From Spirochaetota bacterium (lineage in GTDB: Bacteria; Spirochaetota; UBA4802; UBA5550), in the NCBI GenBank assembly GCA_963663865.1, contig OY760686.1:1216001-1280000 (forward strand): DNA of 64,000 nt. The letters are read 5' to 3'. Positions within the stretch are counted from its first letter, which is position 1. Each line of letters opens with the position of its first letter. The translations under genes and the position numbers were made by a program. The notes below the pieces were generated by a model that worked only from the letters and a program-made list of their open reading frames with translations, ran no database searches and had not been told where the DNA came from. Positions 57,096 through 64,000 of the stretch are shown piece by piece.

Positions 57096-57863
57096 ATGGT
57101 TTTTATGAATATAAAAGTAATGGTGAGGTTGATTTGCGCGGTCGTTGTCCTGATCTCTTTCTCTGGATGGCAGTGCGCATCGGAGGAGAGGTCTCTTCTT
57201 GATGCCCCGTCAGGTCTGGAAGACGGGCCGGCGGATAGCGGTATTGAAATTCAGAAGGTTGAAATATCAGCGCAAGTTAACTGCGACGCGGTGGAACCGC
57301 ACGATATGGCCTATTACGGAGGCAGTCTATATATAGCCGACAGTCATGATCAGATGATCTATCTCGTCGCTTCCGGGGGAGATAACGTAACCAGCAACAT
57401 TGATGTTTCGGGGATTAATGTCAGCTGTATGGCCGAGGTAAATGGAGTTCTCTGCCTGCAGAGTGATGATTACTATCTGTACTATATTGATCTGACAGAT
57501 GAAGGCAGTCAGATGATTAAATCAGAGTACAGGTTGATTGTGTCACTGGCAGGTATGGGCTATGACGGCTCAAAGTTGTGGGGGGTATCCGCCGGCGGTG
57601 ACACGCTTTACTCTCTGAACCTGTCAGGTCTTCAGGAGAGCAGCTTCTTTTTTGAAGGTGAAGGGCTTAATGATATTACTTATCACCAGGGATATCTTTA
57701 TGCATGTTCAGGAGACAGGCTATACAAGATTAATTCCAGCGGAGAGAAAATGGCTGTCTATATGAATAGCTCTTTCACAGATATCGCCGGTATCGCAAGT
57801 GACGGAATAATGCTCTGGCTGATTGACAAAGGAAAGGGACTCCTCTATTCGGTATCGTTATAG
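57096..57863 (+). CDS. Beta-propeller lipoprotein (glutamine cyclotransferase/YncE-like repeats)
   Basis: Lipobox FSGWQC; repeats DMAYYGGSLYIAD, GMGYDGSKLWGV, DITYHQGYLY, GIASDGIMLWLID. Confidence 0.7.
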   Translation: MVFMNIKVMVRLICAVVVLISFSGWQCASEERSLLDAPSGLEDGPADSGIEIQKVEISAQVNCDAVEPHDMAYYGGSLYIADSHDQMIYLVASGGDNVTSNIDVSGINVSCMAEVNGVLCLQSDDYYLYYIDLTDEGSQMIKSEYRLIVSLAGMGYDGSKLWGVSAGGDTLYSLNLSGLQESSFFFEGEGLNDITYHQGYLYACSGDRLYKINSSGEKMAVYMNSSFTDIAGIASDGIMLWLIDKGKGLLYSVSL

Positions 57864-57954
57864 TATTCTGCTTGACCTGAAAAGAATAAGTAAGTTACTG
57901 GTCTTGCTTGTCGATCTTTGATATTTCAGTTTATTACTAACTGAACAATGATAA

Positions 57955-58117
57955 TTAGTTGCCAGATTCTTTCGAGAAAAGATTAAAAGGGAAACCCGTG
58001 AAAATCGGGTACGGGCCCGCCGCTGTAACCGGGGACGAAAGCCTGATATGCCACTGTCCTGATTAAGGGCGGGAAGGCAGGCGAGTAGGAAGATTCGGAA
58101 GTCAGAAGACCTGTCTG
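57955..58117 (+). ncRNA. Cobalamin riboswitch
   Basis: AAAAGGGAAacccGTGAAAATCGGG, CCCGCCGCTGTAA, GCCACTG...GGGAAGG, AGTCAGAAGACCTG; upstream of tonB-btuB. Confidence 0.95.
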
Positions 58118-58187
58118 AGCAATGCTGCCGCTGTCTTTCGGATGCAAAAGCAATATGCGGCGAAGATAATCTGCGGATAAAAAAGGG

Positions 58188-58220
58188 AATCCCCGGACTG
58201 TAAAGTCACGGGGTTTTTTT
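58188..58220 (+). terminator. Riboswitch expression-platform terminator
   Basis: CCCCGGACT-GTAA-AGTCACGGGG followed by T7. Confidence 0.85.
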
Positions 58221-58241
58221 GTTTAATAGGATGGCTATCTT

Positions 58242-58859
58242 ATGCCGGTAAAAGACCCCACAGAGGGACGACTAATTGTCTGGATGACCGTTTCAGCTAT
58301 TGCTCATGCTGCTTTTTTGCTTCTGTGCAGCATTAGTCTGGCTGATCGTGAAATGCCTGTAATATCCGGGGAGAATGCAAAAGAGGCAGTGTTGCCGGAA
58401 GCTGGTTCCAGTTTAAGCAAACCTGTGCCTGAAAGTGCAATATTTGTTTGTGCAATTTCAGGGACTGCTGACTCCAGGGAGAAGGCCGGCTCTGATTTAA
58501 GCGGCAATGGAGTAAACAGCGTTGAAGAGATTCTCTCATCTACGGCAAAAATTGAATCGGGTTTAAGTTTAGGGAAAATCAGCTACAGGGATATAGTTCT
58601 GAAGAGGATTAAGCGTTACAAATACTATCCGCAGCTTGCTCGGGATAGGGGGCTTGAGGGTGAGGTTGAAATCCTGTTTAGATTAAAAAGAGACGGCAGT
58701 CTTGAAGGCAGGGCTTCAATTCTCAAGTCAACTCCATACGCTGTACTTAACAGGGCTGCTCTGAGGACACTCATAAGCGCAATGCCCTTCGCGGAGTTTC
58801 CCGGGGAAGTGAAAGAAGATGAGCTGATTTTCAGGATAAGATTAGATTACAGGCTCTAA
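58242..58859 (+). CDS. tonB: Energy transducer TonB (short)
   Basis: SAIAH TM anchor; YPQLARDRGLEGEVEILF, LNRAAL TonB_C. Confidence 0.88.
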   Translation: MPVKDPTEGRLIVWMTVSAIAHAAFLLLCSISLADREMPVISGENAKEAVLPEAGSSLSKPVPESAIFVCAISGTADSREKAGSDLSGNGVNSVEEILSSTAKIESGLSLGKISYRDIVLKRIKRYKYYPQLARDRGLEGEVEILFRLKRDGSLEGRASILKSTPYAVLNRAALRTLISAMPFAEFPGEVKEDELIFRIRLDYRL

Positions 58860-58905
58860 GATTAAATCCAGGGGATAAACCCGATGGATTGTGTGGAGGA
58901 ATTAT

Positions 58906-60807
58906 ATGAAAGGATTCAAATTGTCTTCAGCTTTTATTGCAGTTTTTTCGCTTTATGCGAATGTCTATGCCGGAGCTTCAGAAGAAGATCTGGGAACGGT
59001 GGTCGTTACTCCGAACAGAATATCGGTAAGTACTGATGCTGCTTCAACAGGAGTAAGGGTGATTACAGCTGATGATATCAGAAAGAAGGGCAGCACCCAT
59101 CTTGCTGATGTTCTCGCTGACATCCCGGGGGTTTCATTTAATATCAGCGGGAAAGTTAAATATGTCAGCGTCAGGGGATCTGATCCTGGAAATACTCTCG
59201 TTTTTATCGACGGTGTCAGAGTCAACGATCCGTCAAGCATATCGGCTGCTTACGATTTTGGAAATCTGCTGGCTGAATCCGTTGAAAGGATTGAGGTGAT
59301 CGGAGGAGCTTCTGGTGCAGTTTACGGCTCACAGGCATCTGGCGGTATTATCAATATAACAACATTAAAAGGGACAAAGAAAAATACAGCTAATGTAAAT
59401 TTTGAAACCGGCTCGTACAATACAACAAGAGAGTCTGCATCATTTACGGGTTCATGGAAGAATCTCAGCTACGCTCTCAGCACATCTCATCTATACTCTA
59501 AGGGTTATTCTCAGGCGGATATAGATGACTCATTGAAACCTGATGATGATCCATATTCATCTAATTCGCTCAGCGGAAAAATTGGAATTAAGCTTAAGGA
59601 TAATATGAACCTCGCTTACAGCTTTATGTTTAATTCCAGCGATTTTCAGATTGATGATGCCGCTGAAACCGATGACCTCGACAGAAACGATACCGAAAAG
59701 AGTTTTATTACCGGCGCGGTTCTTGAGCATTCTCCCTCTACCTTTTGGGACTACAGCATTAAGGCGGGTTACAACAGAATCAAAAGGACAGATGATGATG
59801 AAAACGCGGACAACGATTTAGACTATACCTTTACAAGCTGGTACAAGGGAAATTCAGTAAACATTATGATGCAGAACAATTTCTATATCGGCGATATTGA
59901 TACGCTTACTGCCGGTGTAGAGTACCTTCGTGATTCGATGTCTCAGTCGTATAATGACGGCTTCACCGAGTCAGGGATGGATGAAGTCAGCGCATGGACC
60001 GTCAGCGGATATGCACAGAATATGCTTAGCATAGCAGATAGACTGTTTCACAACGCGGCAGTCAGGTATGACAATCATAAGGAGTTTGGTTCAGAGGTGA
60101 ACTGGCAGACCGGCCTGTCATTTATCGTACCCCTACTTGAAACCAGGCTGAAGTCTTCGTATTCTACAGGCTTCAAAGCTCCCTCGCTTTATCAGATGTA
60201 TGTGGATGATGCATATACTGTAAGGAACAGAGACTTGAAAGCTGAAGAGAGCAGAACTCTGGAAGCCGGGCTTGAGCAGGCTTTCTTAAAGAAACTGATT
60301 GTAGTAAACGGTACCTGGTTCTACAGCAAGTATAAAAATAAGATTGAGTATTCATCAGATCCGGTAACATGGGTTGGGCAGTATTACAATGTCGGTGAAA
60401 GTACTTCAAGAGGAATTGAAAGCTCAATTCAACTGAATATAGCGAAGAGCACTTACCTGAAGGCAGGTTACCTTTTCATGAAAACAGAAAATCTTGATAC
60501 CGGGAAAAGGCTGTACAAAAGACCGGAGCACAGGGCATCAGCTGAATTCAATGCGGGGCTGCTTGACGACAAGGCCAATTTGAACATTTCGTTTAATTAT
60601 ACCGGAGAGAGGGATGAAAACGAGGGAGTAACCCTTGAAAGCTATTGGCTCCTGAACGTTAAGGCTTCATACGATTTGTTTGAATGGCTGGAGGCCTATA
60701 TCCGGATGGAGAATGTTACGGGCAATGATTATACCGAGAATACCGGCTATACAACACCCGGTTTCAGTGTTTATGGCGGTGTAACTGGACGTATTGACTT
60801 TATATAG
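58906..60807 (+). CDS. btuB: TonB-dependent receptor, probable cobalamin transporter BtuB
   Basis: TonB box TVVVT, plug VERIEVIGG..YGSQA.GGIINI, GFKAPSLYQ, LKAEES; under a cobalamin riboswitch. Confidence 0.85.
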   Translation: MKGFKLSSAFIAVFSLYANVYAGASEEDLGTVVVTPNRISVSTDAASTGVRVITADDIRKKGSTHLADVLADIPGVSFNISGKVKYVSVRGSDPGNTLVFIDGVRVNDPSSISAAYDFGNLLAESVERIEVIGGASGAVYGSQASGGIINITTLKGTKKNTANVNFETGSYNTTRESASFTGSWKNLSYALSTSHLYSKGYSQADIDDSLKPDDDPYSSNSLSGKIGIKLKDNMNLAYSFMFNSSDFQIDDAAETDDLDRNDTEKSFITGAVLEHSPSTFWDYSIKAGYNRIKRTDDDENADNDLDYTFTSWYKGNSVNIMMQNNFYIGDIDTLTAGVEYLRDSMSQSYNDGFTESGMDEVSAWTVSGYAQNMLSIADRLFHNAAVRYDNHKEFGSEVNWQTGLSFIVPLLETRLKSSYSTGFKAPSLYQMYVDDAYTVRNRDLKAEESRTLEAGLEQAFLKKLIVVNGTWFYSKYKNKIEYSSDPVTWVGQYYNVGESTSRGIESSIQLNIAKSTYLKAGYLFMKTENLDTGKRLYKRPEHRASAEFNAGLLDDKANLNISFNYTGERDENEGVTLESYWLLNVKASYDLFEWLEAYIRMENVTGNDYTENTGYTTPGFSVYGGVTGRIDFI

Positions 60808-60814
60808 ACCAATA

Positions 60815-60844
60815 ATAAAAGGCAGGTTCAAGCCTGCCTTTTAT
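60815..60844. terminator. Bidirectional intrinsic terminator
   Basis: ATAAAAGGCAGG-loop-CCTGCCTTTTAT between convergent genes. Confidence 0.88.
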
Positions 60845-60845
60845 A

Positions 60846-62321
60846 TTATCTTGCCTTAATGAAGGTGACTTCAGCGTCTGCGGGCTGCCCCTTATCAGAG
60901 AAAAGCGAGTAGAGACCCCGGTTTGAAAGAATCTCGGGCAGTTCAACCTGTTTAACCATGCCTGATGCCGGCTGCCCGTCAATAGTCAGCCGGGCGTAAT
61001 CTCCTTCAGTTCTTTCCAGCCTGTAGGTATGCCATCTTGATGTATCCAGAGGAATTCTGATCCCGCACACATCTATAGATGAGCTGTCCAGCATTACATA
61101 GTATCCGGAGCGGTGCGCTGTTACATAGGCCAAAAGAATAAGATTTGAACCGCTGTTCATCCTTGCCTTTGATTCAACCGCAAAAAGCCTCGTCGTATTA
61201 AATCTTGTGAAAAGACCGGCTCTCTTTTCAGCCGGCGATTTGACAGTCGCGGTTTTGCTATTGCCGCTGGCGATGAAGCCGATTGATGTTTTATCGGCTC
61301 CGTCAATATGGTTCCAGGCTGAAGGCGTATTTGAATCTGACCAGCCGGAGAAGTGTTCTTCAAAAAGCCAGCTTTCCTCAGCGTTAGATTCCGATACAGC
61401 CTGAGCTTTGAATGGATTAAGAAATTTACCGAAAATCCAGCCTCTCGCTCCTCTAAGCGATGATACCCTGTACCAGTAATCCCTAGTATCGCCGATCTGT
61501 GTGGTATCCATTGATTTTTCAAGCTGCATGAGTATTTCTCCGTTGTCAGCATGCCCCACTACTGAACCTCCGGTGTGGGATGTATCTCTCAGGTTGACGC
61601 GGTCTCCTGAGCATGTGCGTATCATTGATGTGTAGGGGCTTGCCGGGTACCGCGAAGCGAAGTTGTTAAGTAAGACCTCCAGTCCGATGCTCTCGGATTG
61701 GGTCGAAGCCGATCCATTTTGAAGTGCCTCAAAAAGCATTTTGATTAAATGGGTGATGTAAGGAGTGCCCGGATGAGATTTGTAAAAGTTCAGGATGCCC
61801 TGTAATGCGGCTGCATTGTTTGATGCAATTGTTTTTTCAAGCTCTTCAAAATCCAGATATTCAAGCAGCGGGCTGCCTTTGAACCTTGTGGCAAATTCCC
61901 CGTAAAACAGGCTTCCACCGGATATCCTTCCGCCGTTAATGCCTGGTTCCACTGTAAAGTCGGTACCGAGTTCACTGTTGATCTCTGAAACAGATTTCGA
62001 TATTTTCCTCAAGGCTTCAGTATACTCCGGAGAAGCTGAGGCGGAAGACTTGAGGGCAATGAGTTCATCGGCGTTTTCCGTATTGAGTGTCAGAGCAAGT
62101 CTGTTGGCAGCCCTTGCCCTGTAGTAGTATATCTTCTCAAGTTCTTCGTATTGAGCGAGTGGGATGAGGCGGTTGAGAGCCCTGATGGCCGGAATGTAGT
62201 CTTCATCTTCAAAAAACTCAATTGCGTCTTCGAGATCATCATCCCCAATAAAAAAAACAGCCGACGCTGCTGCGATGCCGGCAACTAAAAGAGCTGAAAG
62301 GATAAAAGCTATTGGTCTCAA
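60846..62321 (-). CDS. Exported protein with helical N-terminus, bacterial SH3 domain and C-terminal beta-sandwich
   Basis: GDRVNLRD..VVG...DYWYRV...GWIFGKFL SH3b motif; TTG start with GGAGG RBS. Confidence 0.75.
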   Translation of the reverse strand: MRPIAFILSALLVAGIAAASAVFFIGDDDLEDAIEFFEDEDYIPAIRALNRLIPLAQYEELEKIYYYRARAANRLALTLNTENADELIALKSSASASPEYTEALRKISKSVSEINSELGTDFTVEPGINGGRISGGSLFYGEFATRFKGSPLLEYLDFEELEKTIASNNAAALQGILNFYKSHPGTPYITHLIKMLFEALQNGSASTQSESIGLEVLLNNFASRYPASPYTSMIRTCSGDRVNLRDTSHTGGSVVGHADNGEILMQLEKSMDTTQIGDTRDYWYRVSSLRGARGWIFGKFLNPFKAQAVSESNAEESWLFEEHFSGWSDSNTPSAWNHIDGADKTSIGFIASGNSKTATVKSPAEKRAGLFTRFNTTRLFAVESKARMNSGSNLILLAYVTAHRSGYYVMLDSSSIDVCGIRIPLDTSRWHTYRLERTEGDYARLTIDGQPASGMVKQVELPEILSNRGLYSLFSDKGQPADAEVTFIKAR

Positions 62322-62345
62322 GTCAATCCTCCATGAGATGAAGTA

Positions 62346-63572
62346 TTATAGTGTTCCGTTGATCATTATTTCAAGAAGTCTGTGCGCCTGATCAATAAAA
62401 AGGCCGGTTGTTGAAGAGTCTACTTCATTGAAACGAGGGGCAGTTTTGCCTGCAAGGCTGCCGTCAGTCCAGCCTCCGGTTCTCTGCATGCAGAATGGAA
62501 CCGGGTCGGAGGTGTGAGTTCGGATTGAAACCGGTGTAGGATGGTCGGGCATGATCAGAAGGGAGTACTTGTCGTAAGAGGAGACGGTTTCCAGAACCGG
62601 GCCGACTATTTTTGAATCAAAGTCCTCAATGGCTCTCAGCTTGTGTTCCAGGCTCCCTTCATGGCCTGACTCGTCAGGCGCTTCAACGTGCAGATACACA
62701 AAATTACCTTTTTTCAGTGCTGACTTGAGCGCATTCGACTTTCCGGAATAGTTTGTGTCGATGTATCCGGTAGCCCCATTGACAGGATAGGGGCTAAGAC
62801 CGGCCGCGCGTCCGATTCCGTGGATGAGGTCAACCGCAGAAATGGTATATCCGTTCAGACCGAAGCGCTGTTCCAGTGTCGTAACTGCCGGTTTGCGTCC
62901 GCCTCCCCAGAGCCAAATGGATGTCGGATTCCCCCTGTACTTGCCTTCAGCTTCTTTTACTGCAGCTGACTCAGATATTATACGCGAGGACAGTGCCATC
63001 AATTCGCGTAATACATCTGCACCGCCGCCTTCCGGAAGATATGGCTGAATTTCTCGATCGGTTATATCATGCGGCGGGGTCGTGGATGTAATCTCAGAAA
63101 ATGGGAAGTTCCGCCAGATTACAATGTTTCTGTATGAAACCCCGGGATAGAATTCGATTCCATCTATTTTGATATTGGCACGGAGCTCATCAATGATGAT
63201 CCGGGTGAAGTCGGAATCAATGTGGTCGGAACTGAAGTCAGCCATTACATCGCCGGAAAGGTTGACAAGGTTGCAGCGAAAAGCAGCGTCATTCGGTCCG
63301 AGTTCAATTCCCATATTCAGGGCTTCGAGAGGGGCCCGGCCCGTATAGAATTTTTCAGGATTATAACCGAAAACAGAGAGATTGGCCGTATCGCTTCCCG
63401 GCTGCATCCCGTCCGGAACTGTTTTTGCCATACCGGTGATTCCCTCTGAGGCGACTCTATCCATGTTGGGGGTCGAGGCGTATTGCAGAGGGGTCCTTCC
63501 GCCCAGAGAATCTATTGGAAGGTCAGCCATACCGTCTCCCAGGAGTACAATAATTTTTCTTTCCTCTGTCAT
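62346..63572 (-). CDS. apgM: Cofactor-independent phosphoglycerate mutase (ApgM type)
   Basis: GDGMAD, GSDTANL, YTGRAPLEA, HVEAPDESGH, PDHPTP, THTSDPVP. Confidence 0.93.
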   Translation of the reverse strand: MTEERKIIVLLGDGMADLPIDSLGGRTPLQYASTPNMDRVASEGITGMAKTVPDGMQPGSDTANLSVFGYNPEKFYTGRAPLEALNMGIELGPNDAAFRCNLVNLSGDVMADFSSDHIDSDFTRIIIDELRANIKIDGIEFYPGVSYRNIVIWRNFPFSEITSTTPPHDITDREIQPYLPEGGGADVLRELMALSSRIISESAAVKEAEGKYRGNPTSIWLWGGGRKPAVTTLEQRFGLNGYTISAVDLIHGIGRAAGLSPYPVNGATGYIDTNYSGKSNALKSALKKGNFVYLHVEAPDESGHEGSLEHKLRAIEDFDSKIVGPVLETVSSYDKYSLLIMPDHPTPVSIRTHTSDPVPFCMQRTGGWTDGSLAGKTAPRFNEVDSSTTGLFIDQAHRLLEIMINGTL

Positions 63573-63626
63573 AATATACCCGGTTATTAATGTTATATTG
63601 CGTCCCTGAGTTCGGGGAGGGTGGTG

Positions 63627-64000
63627 CTATTTTGATTTTGACCTTTTCAGCATAAAGAGATAATGCTTAATGTAGGGCTGTAGACTTTCATGAAAAGATG
63701 AAAGGTCAATGCCAGTCGGTTCTTTTACAACGGCGGTGAGGCTTGTCTTGGTAATGTCCTCTTCGCAGGTATCAATCATGATTTTAAAACGTTTGATTAT
63801 CTCCCTGTCCACCGCGTCATGGGCCACTTTATTCATCTCTGTACAGAGCTTGGAAAGATTGGTCTTTTTTCTGGGCTTGGCTCTGTTTTTGCTCTCAGAG
63901 ACCGGTTTTTTTATAGCTGTTTTTTTGACCGCTGGTTTTTTAACCGCGGATGCTTTTTTCTTCACTACAGTCTTTTTTGAAGAAGTCTTCTTTTCTGTCA
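63627..64000 (-). CDS. Hypothetical protein with Lys-rich histone H1-like N-terminus (5' end at or beyond the window edge)
   Basis: Frame stays open to the window end (xTG ACA GAA AAG AAG...); VKKKASAVKKPAVKKTAIKKP repeats. Confidence 0.7.
   Translation of the reverse strand, partial: TEKKTSSKKTVVKKKASAVKKPAVKKTAIKKPVSESKNRAKPRKKTNLSKLCTEMNKVAHDAVDREIIKRFKIMIDTCEEDITKTSLTAVVKEPTGIDLSSFHESLQPYIKHYLFMLKRSKSK

Noticed and set aside
111-63609. Many antisense or out-of-frame ORFs in the track (e.g. 111-518, 893-1345, 3910-4173, 8039-8683, 44694-45233, 45444-45803)
   Set aside because: They shadow well-supported genes or regulatory regions, lack RBS and family motifs, and show antisense-typical Ser/Phe/Leu bias
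1-64000. CRISPR array, tRNA/rRNA genes, IS/transposase, integrase or prophage
   Set aside because: No regularly spaced repeats, cloverleaf/T-loop signatures or mobile-element proteins seen; intergenic gaps are short and explained by promoters and terminators

Overview
Core-chromosome window of a spirochaete. This is inferred from gene content and order (DUF1577 protein, fliL-fliY-fliO-fliPQR-flhBAFG-fliA-fapA cluster, tgt-STAS-LysM lipoprotein, miaA-hfq), which suggest a relative of the Leptospira lineage. It holds dnaX-ybaB-recR, der, tsaBE and a large flagellar export/chemotaxis operon that runs straight into yicC-remA-gmk-rpoZ-miaA-hfq. Further along are cheW, flgM with a sigma28 promoter, rsmI, tgt, a short sigma70 factor, ispG, M23/bactofilin, pdxA, recQ, lolA-rodZ-rimO-pgsA-pgpA, a cobalamin riboswitch controlling tonB-btuB, and apgM. 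I saw no rRNA, tRNA, CRISPR array, transposase or integrase. The most unusual locus is a tightly coupled three-gene operon (45.7-48.3 kb) with a structured leader. It encodes an RRM-fold protein that has lost its RNA-binding aromatics, a citrate synthase homologue whose catalytic His (GPxHGGAN) is replaced by Met, and a SprT-like HEXXH metalloprotease with a helical C-terminal domain. Other oddities: an Fe-ADH homologue with all metal ligands lost next to flgM, a degenerate HD-GYP protein, miaA with no canonical start codon ahead of its P-loop, an unannotated 29-aa ribosomal-protein-like ORF, and operator-like palindromes on the fliL promoter. All family assignments come from visual motif recognition; no database searches were run.
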